From an uncultured Rhodospirillaceae bacterium (GTDB lineage Bacteria; Pseudomonadota; Alphaproteobacteria; Rhodospirillales; UBA2165): 64,000 nt of DNA. The stretch spans positions 4,139 to 68,138 of the forward strand of contig CAZMHI010000020.1 in NCBI GenBank assembly GCA_964566055.1. Reading direction: 5' to 3'. This document shows, one piece after another, positions 36,264 to 44,498 of this stretch (positions are counted from its first letter, which is position 1; each line of letters starts with the position of its first letter). Under the pieces are notes generated by a model. That model was given only the letters and a program-made list of their open reading frames with translations. It made no database searches and had not been told where the DNA came from. A program made the position numbers and the translations under genes.

Positions 36264-37269
36264 ATGGCGCAAATTGTTTTAGGAATGGGCACCTCTCATA
36301 GCCCAATGCTGTCCACCCCGCCGGAAGAATGGGGCCAACGCGCGGAATTCGATAAAATTGCGGCTGCACATCCCTATCGCGGCGATAATTACACCTTTGA
36401 TGAATTGCTGGAAAAACGTAAAGATGGAAATTTTGGCGATCAGGTATCGGTTGATATCTGGCGTGAGAAATATGCTGCCTGTATGGAACGGCTGGAAAAT
36501 ATGGCCCAGGCCTATGAAGCAGCAGCTCCGGATGTTGCGGTGATTTTCGGCAATGACCAAAATGAAGTTATCACGAACACCAATATGCCGGCCTTTAGTG
36601 TTTTCTGGGGTGATAAGCTTGAGAATATTCCCTATAGCGACGATCAAAAAGCCAAACTTAACCCCGGCATTGGCATCGCCGCACCGGGACATACAGGGCG
36701 ACGTTTATGACGGCTGCCCGGAACTGGGTAAACACATCATCGAACATCTGATCGAAAATGAGTTTGATGTCGGCCAATCAACCCGGCTGCCGGAAATTAA
36801 TGATCACTGGTGGAGCGGTGTGCCGCACGCCTTCGGCTTTATTTACCGTCAAATTATGCGTGACGACGTCATCCCCAATGTACCGGTGTTTACCAATACA
36901 TTTTTCCCGCCCAATCAGCCAACCGTTGCGCGCTGCTATAAATTCGGCAAGGAAGTACGCAAAGCTGTCGATAGCTGGGACAGCAATTTGAAAGTTGCGG
37001 GCTTTAGTTCCGGCGGGCTCAGTCATTTTACCATCGACGAAGAGCTTGACCGGCAGTTCCTGGATGCCATCGAAAGCGGCGATGAAGCCAAGATTCTGGC
37101 GATACCGAATGACTTACTGGTATCAGGCACGTCTGAGCTGAAAAACTGGATCGCCCTCGCCGGATTTGTCGCCGACACTGATCTAAAATCAACCGCGGTG
37201 GATTACATTCCCTGCTACCGTTCAGCCGCAGGCACCGGCAATGCAATGGCTTTTGCCATCTGGAACTAA
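36264..37269 (+). pseudogene. class III (LigB-type) extradiol ring-cleavage dioxygenase, reading frame interrupted near 36690-36700. Either a real frameshift or a sequence error.
   Basis: ORF 36264-36710 (MAQIVLGMGTSHSPML...VAVIFGNDQNEV...MPAFSVFWG) is a LigB-family N-terminus. ORF 36553-37269 becomes family-like from GDVYDGCPELGKHIIEHL...GVPHAFGF...SSGGLSHF. The second frame is +1 relative to the first. Confidence 0.75.
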
Positions 37270-37294
37270 CCAGGACCAACATTACACCTAGATT

Positions 37295-37327
37295 AGAAAC
37301 AGGATCACCTTTGGTGGTTCTGTTTCT
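37295..37327 (+). terminator. 15-bp stem-loop after the dioxygenase gene (terminator-like)
   Basis: AGAAACAGGATCACC-ttt-GGTGGTTCTGTTTCT pairs continuously (two G-U pairs) and is followed by GATTCTC. It lies 26 nt after the stop at 37269. Confidence 0.5.
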
Positions 37328-37423
37328 GATTCTCAGATCCCAATTCTTGTTCGCCGCCTTCTAAATTTCATGCTAATTTGCCGCCATTAAAATCTCGAAA
37401 TATCTAGGGGAATATCGCATACA

Positions 37424-38944
37424 ATGGCGAATACAATAATTGAGGTCATCAAATCAGGCGCGAGGGACGCTAACGTACTAGGTGCGCCAGGACGTCCCTA
37501 TCTAACTTATGGCGGCTTGCTCGATCACGTTGAAAAAACCGTAGCGGCCTTAAACGCCCGTGGTATCGGACGTAACGACCGAGTCGCCATCGTACTGCCG
37601 AACGGCCCTGAAATGGCAAGCGCCTTCATCGCCGTTGCCGCCGGCGCCACGACAGCGCCGCTTAATCCGAGTTACCGCGAAGAAGAATTTGATTTTTACC
37701 TTTCTGATCTTAACGCCAAGGCTTTGATGGTTGAAAAAGGCAGCACCTCTCCTGCCCTAGCTGTTGCCAGCCAACGCGATATTCCGGTGCTGGAAATCGA
37801 CTGGGCTGAGAGCGATCCCGCCGGTCTGTTTTCAATTATCGGCGAAGTAGATGGTGAACCTGCTGTCAATGGCGGCTACGCTGAGCTGGAAGATGGCGGC
37901 TTGGTGCTACATACCTCCGGCACGACGTCTCGGCCTAAGATTGTCCCGCTCGCCCAGAAAAATATCTGTACCTCGGCAGAACATATCAAAACATCACTTA
38001 ACATTCAGCCGGAAGATATTGGGCTCAATATTATGCCGCTGTTTCATATTCATGGGCTGATCGCAGCAACATTATCATCAGTCCGGGCCGGCGCCTCAGT
38101 ATTTTGCGCCCCGGGCTTTAATGCCCTGAAATTCTTCGCCTGGGTCGATGAAGCGAAGCCAAGCTGGTACACGGCCGTACCAACCATGCATCAGGCTATT
38201 TTGAGCCGGGCCAGCCGCAATCAGGAGATTGTTGATGCGGTGCCTTTTCGTCTTATTCGCTCCTCCTCCTCGTCATTGCCGCCGCAAGTGATGCAGGAGC
38301 TTGAGGAAACTTTTGGCTGTCCGGTGATTGAGGCCTATGGCATGACCGAAGCCGCTCATCAGATGGCGAGCAACCCCTTACCTGACGCGCCTCGCAAGCC
38401 CGGCAGTGTCGGCCTACCGGCTGGCCCCGAAGTCGCCATTATGGCCAATGACAGCGGCACGCTGCTGGCCTCTGGTGAGATCGGTGAGATTGTTATCAAG
38501 GGACCGAACGTCTTTTCAGCTTATGAAGCCAATCCCGAGGCCAATGCCGAAGCCTTTACCGACGGCTGGTTCCGCACAGGAGATCAAGGCGTTATTGATG
38601 GCGACGGCTATATCAGCCTGACCGGCCGGCTCAAGGAGATCATTAACCGGGGAGGTGAGAAAATCTCACCTCGTGAAGTCGATGAAGTCTTGATGGATCA
38701 CACCGCCATTGAACAAGTGGTTACCTTTGCCCTGCCCCATGACAAGCTCGGTGAAGATGTCGCAGCTGTCGTCGTACTGCGCGAAGGAGAAGCAGCTGAA
38801 GAGAAAGAAATTCGCGAATTTGCGGCAACAAGACTGGCCGACTTCAAAGTGCCCCGGAAAGTTATTTTCATGGATGAGATTCCCAAAGGCGCCACCGGCA
38901 AATTGCAACGCATTGGCCTCGCCGAAAAGCTCGGTTTAGCGTAA
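37424..38944 (+). CDS. AMP-dependent acyl-CoA ligase (AAE3/oxalate-CoA-ligase-like subgroup)
   Basis: 506-aa ORF. LHTSGTTSRPKIVPL (AMP-binding motif I), YGMTEA, FRTGDQG and GEKISPREVDE. The TSRPK variant is what I associate with the AAE3/Pcs60 group. Confidence 0.8.
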   Translation: MANTIIEVIKSGARDANVLGAPGRPYLTYGGLLDHVEKTVAALNARGIGRNDRVAIVLPNGPEMASAFIAVAAGATTAPLNPSYREEEFDFYLSDLNAKALMVEKGSTSPALAVASQRDIPVLEIDWAESDPAGLFSIIGEVDGEPAVNGGYAELEDGGLVLHTSGTTSRPKIVPLAQKNICTSAEHIKTSLNIQPEDIGLNIMPLFHIHGLIAATLSSVRAGASVFCAPGFNALKFFAWVDEAKPSWYTAVPTMHQAILSRASRNQEIVDAVPFRLIRSSSSSLPPQVMQELEETFGCPVIEAYGMTEAAHQMASNPLPDAPRKPGSVGLPAGPEVAIMANDSGTLLASGEIGEIVIKGPNVFSAYEANPEANAEAFTDGWFRTGDQGVIDGDGYISLTGRLKEIINRGGEKISPREVDEVLMDHTAIEQVVTFALPHDKLGEDVAAVVVLREGEAAEEKEIREFAATRLADFKVPRKVIFMDEIPKGATGKLQRIGLAEKLGLA

Positions 38945-38952
38945 CTTCAATC

Positions 38953-39933
38953 ATGACAAAGATTTGCATATATGGCGCAGGTGCAATAGGCGGTCTAGTC
39001 GGCGCGGAACTGGCCTTGGCCGGCAGTGATGTCACACTGATTGCCCGCGGCCCTCATCTTGAAGCGATGCAGTCTAAGGGGCTCACACTGATCACCGAGA
39101 GTGGGACTCGCGTCGCCAAACCCTTCGCCACGGACGATCCTGCGCAGGCAGGCGTTCAGGATTATATTTTTATTACCCTCAAAGCGCATTCGGTGCCCGG
39201 TATCGTCGAGGCGATCCAGCCTTTGATGGGACCGGACACGGCTGTGGTTTGGGGCGTCAATGGTGTGCCCTGGTGGTATTTCTATCAGCTCGAAGGCAAT
39301 TATCGCGACAAACGCCTGGAGAGCATCGACCCCGGTAACGGTCAATGGGATAAGATCGGCCCGGAGCGGATTATTGGCTGCGTTGTCTATCCGGCAGCTG
39401 AAGTACCTGAGCCCGGCGTCATCCAGCATGTCGAAGGCAACCGCTTTAGCCTGGGTGAGCCGAGTGGTGAGAAAACCGAACGCGTTCAAATATTTGCTAA
39501 AGAATTATCAAACGCCGGCTTTCGGGTGCCGATTCGCCCACGCATTCGTGATGAATTGTGGGTTAAGCTGTGGGGTAATTTAAGCTTTAATCCGATGAGT
39601 GTCTTAACCGGCAAAACACTTGAAGATATGGGTAACGATCCGGAAATCAGATCGACCATTCGGACCATGATGATCGAAGCGCAAACGGTCGGCGAGAAAA
39701 TTGGTGTGAAATTTCTGGTCGATGTCGACAAACGCATCAATGGTGCGACCGAAGTTGGCGCTCATAAAACCTCGATGCTGCAGGATTATGAACGTGGCCG
39801 CCCCATGGAGATAGATGCTTTAATCGGCGCCGTCGCCGAAATGGGGCAACTGACAAATACGCCAACCCCGACTATTGATCAGGTTTTGGCGGAAGTGAAA
39901 CAGCAAGCCCGCGAAGCCGGCTGCTACGAGTAA
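38953..39933 (+). CDS. 2-dehydropantoate 2-reductase family (PanE/ApbA) oxidoreductase
   Basis: 326-aa ORF. KICIYGAGAIGGLVGAELALAGSDVTLIARG Rossmann N-terminus and the C-terminal SMLQDYERGRPMEIDAL motif. Confidence 0.8.
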   Translation: MTKICIYGAGAIGGLVGAELALAGSDVTLIARGPHLEAMQSKGLTLITESGTRVAKPFATDDPAQAGVQDYIFITLKAHSVPGIVEAIQPLMGPDTAVVWGVNGVPWWYFYQLEGNYRDKRLESIDPGNGQWDKIGPERIIGCVVYPAAEVPEPGVIQHVEGNRFSLGEPSGEKTERVQIFAKELSNAGFRVPIRPRIRDELWVKLWGNLSFNPMSVLTGKTLEDMGNDPEIRSTIRTMMIEAQTVGEKIGVKFLVDVDKRINGATEVGAHKTSMLQDYERGRPMEIDALIGAVAEMGQLTNTPTPTIDQVLAEVKQQAREAGCYE

Positions 39934-39942
39934 GGAAAGCGA

Positions 39943-40818
39943 ATGGCATTATTGCCACTGAAAGATGACAACGAGTTATCACGCATTAATTTTCAATATG
40001 TGACGGTGACGTTGATTATTGCCTGCATCGCCGTTTTTTTGTGGCAATTGTCGCTAGGTCAGGAACAAGGCCGCTACATCTTTGGTCTTGGCACCATTCC
40101 TGCTGTCCTGTTCGGCTCCCGCGAGTTGAGTCCCGATCTTATCTTGGTTCCCGAAACTTTCACCATGATCACCAGCCTGTTTCTCCATGGCGGCTGGATG
40201 CATCTGATTTTCAACATGCTGTTTCTCTGGGTCTTCGGCGACAATATTGAAGACGCCATGGGTCACCTGCGCTATCTCGTTTTTTACCTAATCTGCGGCG
40301 TGCTGGCGACCTTATCCCATGCGGTGATGGAGGCCGGTTCAGAAGCACCCTTAATCGGCGCCAGCGGGGCGATCTCTGGTGTGCTCGGCGCCTATCTCGT
40401 ACTTCACCCTAAAGCCAGAATATTGGTCCTGTTCATGAACATTATCCCGTTGCGCCTGCCGGCCATTCTGGTATTGGGCGGCTGGATCGGCCTGCAGTTT
40501 ATCAGTCTAAATAGTGATGATGGCACTGCCTGGTGGGCCCATATCGGCGGCTTTCTCGCCGGCATGATCCTGGTCGTGCCGTTCCGGCGCAAAGACGTAC
40601 CGCTATTTGACGGCACTGGGCGATTTGGCCCGGAAAATCCCAATGTGATTGATCTGGCTGAACGGCAACACGCTCGCTCGATCTTTCCCAACACCATAAT
40701 TGCCGACCGCACTCCCGGACCTTGGGATAGACCAAGGAAAACACCACTCAAGAACCAGCCACTTGGCGTCGTTAATCCGAAAGACCTGCCGAGCAGTAAA
40801 AAGCCACCCAGTAAATAA
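39943..40818 (+). CDS. rhomboid family intramembrane serine protease
   Basis: 291-aa ORF. FLHGGWMHLIFNMLFLWVFG, the catalytic GASGAISGVLGAY, and AHIGGFLAG. Confidence 0.85.
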   Translation: MALLPLKDDNELSRINFQYVTVTLIIACIAVFLWQLSLGQEQGRYIFGLGTIPAVLFGSRELSPDLILVPETFTMITSLFLHGGWMHLIFNMLFLWVFGDNIEDAMGHLRYLVFYLICGVLATLSHAVMEAGSEAPLIGASGAISGVLGAYLVLHPKARILVLFMNIIPLRLPAILVLGGWIGLQFISLNSDDGTAWWAHIGGFLAGMILVVPFRRKDVPLFDGTGRFGPENPNVIDLAERQHARSIFPNTIIADRTPGPWDRPRKTPLKNQPLGVVNPKDLPSSKKPPSK

Positions 40819-41652
40819 TTAATAAACCCGTTTCTGTTTGGACGCGCCTTCGCGTTGGTAATCGATACCGGCATCACAGTCAGGTTTGGTGTGGGCAGCG
40901 GTTTTCATCAAATAAGATTTCCGCGCCCAGATTTTATACTCAGGCGGCACCTGTCCGGCGACTTCAAATATCAGTTTTTTTTTGATCGCCCGGGCAAAAT
41001 CCTGATAGTCATCGGCAATTACCATAAAGGCGCTTGAGCCACCGATTATACAATCAGCAAAATAATGATCATAATTCAGCATCTGCTTCATACCCGAACT
41101 TTGCAGCCGGTCATTGACAATCGGCAGGCCATTGATGGTGATGCCTTGAGCGACAGCGAGGTCTCGGATGATCGCGGGTGACGGACCATCATTATTAGGA
41201 CCGTCGGCGGAGATGTCTATGGCCCGGCGTTCTCCTCTAATATTATTTTGCTCAAAGAGAGGAAGGGCAAAACTGAGAGCGCTGCCAATCGCCGTGAAAT
41301 GACCAAACGAGCGGGGAGCGGCTTCGATCATGGTGGCAAAAGCAAAGGCCGAGGCAAAGTCTTCAATAGTAAACCAGGGGGCGACCACCGCTTGCTTGTT
41401 GCTACTTGACCATTCGACATAGGTCACCGCGATACGCCCCAGCCTGGTTTTCTTGATCGCTGCCAACACACCTGGGTCAGTCATCGCATCAACATAGCCC
41501 TTGCGCTGCAGCCTCGATTCCACACTGTCGACGCTCGAGGAGACATCAACCAGCAGCACCAGTTCGAGATCGACTTCAATCGGCGCTGCCCTTGATTCAT
41601 CGGCATACAGCGCAAGACAAAGTACAATGAGTAGAATTTTAAACTTCCCCAT
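40819..41652 (-). CDS. secreted DUF1194 (vWA-like) protein, paralogue 2
   Basis: 277-aa ORF. Signal peptide MGKFKILLIVLCLALYA, LVDVSSSVD, YVEWSS, ISADGPNN and QGITINGLPIVNDR. Its stop codon directly abuts the rhomboid stop codon (convergent, 0 nt between). Confidence 0.7.
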   Translation of the reverse strand: MGKFKILLIVLCLALYADESRAAPIEVDLELVLLVDVSSSVDSVESRLQRKGYVDAMTDPGVLAAIKKTRLGRIAVTYVEWSSSNKQAVVAPWFTIEDFASAFAFATMIEAAPRSFGHFTAIGSALSFALPLFEQNNIRGERRAIDISADGPNNDGPSPAIIRDLAVAQGITINGLPIVNDRLQSSGMKQMLNYDHYFADCIIGGSSAFMVIADDYQDFARAIKKKLIFEVAGQVPPEYKIWARKSYLMKTAAHTKPDCDAGIDYQREGASKQKRVY

Positions 41653-41721
41653 ATTCCAAGTGTAACCTGGATTAGGAATTAAGGGGATACGTTACTTAAT
41701 TAAGAAAGTTGTGAGTTGATG

Positions 41722-42486
41722 TTAATTTTTGAATTGCAGTAAACCGTATTTTCTAGTTATGCCTTTAATCGAGCCATCTAATTTCATGCCTTTGAGAATG
41801 TTTGATAATTTGTTCCGTAGTTTTTGACTGCTCTTTCCTTTGGAAAAGGCCAGATGAGTGGGTGTAAGCTCAATCGCTGGTCCTGAACTGACAATATTCT
41901 CAGCGACGCTCATTTGGTTCGCTATCGACATAATTGTCGCCTGATCGGAAGCAATAAATGGAATTCTCCGCGCCAATAACATTTTCAATATCGTCTCAGT
42001 TGATTTTGCTTCAATTTTTTGAATGGTGCCGTTCTGAAAGGCGGCATCCATTTTCGGGCCTAGCGAAAACGAACGAACAGTTCCCACGCGCTGGTTCTTT
42101 ATTGATCTAAAGGTTCCATTAAATTTTACTGGAAAGCCTTTGATGCTAATCAAAACAACTTTTTCTATAAATAATGGCTCTAAAATATAGTCAAGATATA
42201 CCGCCCGTTCTTTGGTATAGAGAGGATTATAAATTGCATCGGTTTTACCCGTGCGTGCTTCTTTCAATACCCGGGCCCATGGTTTAACTGAAATTTCAAT
42301 ATCGATCTTCGCTCGTTTGAACAACTCACGAATTATTTCCGTATTTATGCCGGTTACTTCGGTTTCCAAAAGGTAGCTATATGGCCGATAGTTCAAGGTC
42401 GTTAATTGCAATGGCTCCGCCATCGCCAACTTCAGTGGCACTAGCGTTAAAATCATTAAACCCAAAACGAAAGTTACTTGGCGCAA
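41722..42486 (-). CDS. orphan periplasmic solute-binding protein, family 3-like (paralogue 3)
   Basis: 254-aa ORF with a TTG start preceded by GGGAGAAG and a signal peptide (VLGLMILTLVPLKLAMA). It has SBP_bac_3-like alternating pattern (NYRPYSY..., KPWARVLKEARTGKTDAIY). The gene is AT-rich. Confidence 0.55.
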   Translation of the reverse strand: MRQVTFVLGLMILTLVPLKLAMAEPLQLTTLNYRPYSYLLETEVTGINTEIIRELFKRAKIDIEISVKPWARVLKEARTGKTDAIYNPLYTKERAVYLDYILEPLFIEKVVLISIKGFPVKFNGTFRSIKNQRVGTVRSFSLGPKMDAAFQNGTIQKIEAKSTETILKMLLARRIPFIASDQATIMSIANQMSVAENIVSSGPAIELTPTHLAFSKGKSSQKLRNKLSNILKGMKLDGSIKGITRKYGLLQFKN

Positions 42487-42627
42487 TATCTTCTCCCGAA
42501 TACTTATACTGGAATTATTGGTGCCAAATTTGATCCAGGTTAACTCATTTATTGATTAATTCCAAATACTTACCGTAACCGAGAATACACTTAGGAAGGA
42601 AAAAATGGCTTGTGAACTAAACCGGCA

Positions 42628-42720
42628 CTACCGGCAGCAGCAGATGGCATAGGCTGCCAGTGTTAAGCTGGCGAATAGCCAAATGCTGGACACCATAAAT
42701 AAAAGTTTTAACTTCCCCAT
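42628..42720 (-). CDS. 30-codon micro-ORF / remnant of a DUF1194 5' end (MGKLKLLFMVSSIWLFASLTLAAYAICCCR)
   Basis: The ATG at 42720 has the same upstream context (CCAGGgTACACTaccggaATG) as DUF1194 paralogue 2 (CCAGGtTACACTtggaatATG), and the peptide aligns with that protein's signal peptide. It is unclear whether it is translated. Confidence 0.3.
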   Translation of the reverse strand: MGKLKLLFMVSSIWLFASLTLAAYAICCCR

Positions 42721-42758
42721 TCCGGTAGTGTACCCTGGAAAGTGAGGTAAAAAGGACC

Positions 42759-44498
42759 TCAGGTTTCCGGCAGCCCGGCTTTTCGAAGGCCTTCTAAGAA
42801 ATGAAGTCTGTCATTCTCTTTACGGAAAGGCCGTTGAATACGGATATCATCGACTGTTAATTCAGGCATTCGTTGCAACAATTCGTCTTTTGCTTTTGTT
42901 GCTTTTTCGGCCTGCCCAAGATGACCATATGCGGCGGTCAGCACATTATAATTGTCGGCAAAATTTGGGTTTTCCTGGATCGCCTGGAGTGCATATTTAA
43001 CCGCTTCTTCATGGCGCTCACTCAAGAGAGCTGCCCAGCCTAAACAGACATTCCAGATAACCAAAAGAGGATCACGCGCGCTTAGTCTGATCGCCTCCTC
43101 CAGATTAGGCTGCGCGTTATCCCAATCTCCGCTAAACGCGTATGCCGTACCGAGATAGCCGCATGCAAATGAGAGATTTGGATCGAGTTTCTTGGCCTGC
43201 TCCAAGCGGCGGATAGCGTCATCGTGACGGCTGGAAAATAGCTCATGGATTGCTAAAACAGTGTGTGCATAGGCGTCTTGATCGTCAAGCTCGACGGCCT
43301 TTTGAGCTGCTTCTCCTAACTTTCTATGAGATTCATCCGGCGCCTCACTCCAGCCAAACACAGCTTTAAAATGATGGGCAAAGGCCAGGTCGGTGTAAGC
43401 AGTAGCATTTCTCGGCTCAAGCACGATGGCTTCATCCAGCAGAGACTTGGCGATGTCCAAATCCGCTTTGTTAAACCGCCTGATATGCCAATGGGCACGC
43501 ATGACATAGTCCCAAGCATCGAGGTTTTCAAATTTCTTATGATGGGCGCGTTGAGCCTCCGCTGATATTATGCCGGGGGCTATAGCGCCAACGATTTTTT
43601 GGGTAATTTCATCTTGGACGGCAAAAATATCCTCCAATTCGCGGTCATAACGTTCCGACCAGACATGGACATCTGTTGCGGCTTCGATGAGCTGACCGGT
43701 TATTCGCACTCGGTTTCCGGCCTTCCGAACACTGCCCTCCAACACATAACGCACGCCTAGATCCTTCGCCACTTGCGGGATTTCAACGGACGTTCCTTTA
43801 TAAGTAAACACAGTATTGCGAGAGGTGACCGAAAATGTCCGGTTGCGCGACAATTCGGTAATGAGATCTTCGGTTATGCCATCCGAGAAATATTCCTGTT
43901 CCTCATCACCACTCATATTCATGAATGGCAAAACGGCGATTGATGGTTTGCTGGCTGTGGTGTTGGCGGCAGCTGACGTCTTCGTCACCGCACCAGCTAA
44001 TTTTATGGCATAGACCCGAACCGGCGCTGAGACATTTTTAACCTGTTGTTCCCCGCGATCTTCATAATCGGCCTCAATCCTATTTTGCACTTGTTCATAG
44101 ACGCTGCCGGAAATACTGATCCCACCCGGATCAGCAAGTGCCTCAATGCGTGCCGCCACGTTAACTCCTTCGCCGTGGATGTCCTCGCCGTCATCAATTA
44201 TGTCGCCCATATTGACACCCATGCGGAAATTCAAACTGCTGGCGGCCAATTCGCCTTGCATCGCAATAGCGCAATTAACGGCGTCCTGGACGGTGGGGAA
44301 TTCAACCAGAAAACCGTCTCCGGTGAGTTTTACAATCTCACCGGAATGACCAGAGACTTGAGGTTTGATCACCTGTTCGCGGGCGTCCTGCCAGGCAGCT
44401 ACCGTGCCGTCAGTATCTTCCTCCATCAGACGCGTGTAACCAGCGACGTCTGCGGCAAGAATGGCCGCCAGCCTTCGTTTTACGTCTTGATTGTTCAT
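42759..44498 (-). CDS. class III adenylate/guanylate cyclase fused to TolB-N-like and TPR repeats
   Basis: 579-aa ORF. RRLAAILAADVAGYTRLMEEDTDGT, KLTGDGFLVEF and GEGVNVAARIEALA (cyclase homology domain), then SIAVLPFMNMSGDEEQEYFSDGITEDLITELS, then TPR-like repeats. Confidence 0.8.
   Translation of the reverse strand: MNNQDVKRRLAAILAADVAGYTRLMEEDTDGTVAAWQDAREQVIKPQVSGHSGEIVKLTGDGFLVEFPTVQDAVNCAIAMQGELAASSLNFRMGVNMGDIIDDGEDIHGEGVNVAARIEALADPGGISISGSVYEQVQNRIEADYEDRGEQQVKNVSAPVRVYAIKLAGAVTKTSAAANTTASKPSIAVLPFMNMSGDEEQEYFSDGITEDLITELSRNRTFSVTSRNTVFTYKGTSVEIPQVAKDLGVRYVLEGSVRKAGNRVRITGQLIEAATDVHVWSERYDRELEDIFAVQDEITQKIVGAIAPGIISAEAQRAHHKKFENLDAWDYVMRAHWHIRRFNKADLDIAKSLLDEAIVLEPRNATAYTDLAFAHHFKAVFGWSEAPDESHRKLGEAAQKAVELDDQDAYAHTVLAIHELFSSRHDDAIRRLEQAKKLDPNLSFACGYLGTAYAFSGDWDNAQPNLEEAIRLSARDPLLVIWNVCLGWAALLSERHEEAVKYALQAIQENPNFADNYNVLTAAYGHLGQAEKATKAKDELLQRMPELTVDDIRIQRPFRKENDRLHFLEGLRKAGLPET

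Noticed and set aside
9121-37269. prfB-style programmed +1 frameshifting at both frame breaks. Both zero-frame ORFs end in UGA followed by C (UCG UGA C in glyS, UUA UGA C in the dioxygenase), and both continue in +1.
   Set aside because: P-site re-pairing (UCG to CGU, UUA to UAU) would be poor, and there is no strong SD 3 nt upstream as in prfB. For the dioxygenase, homology in the +1 frame already starts about 4 codons before the stop. Out-of-frame TGA is also common. Single-base indels are the simpler explanation, though the coincidence is recorded here.
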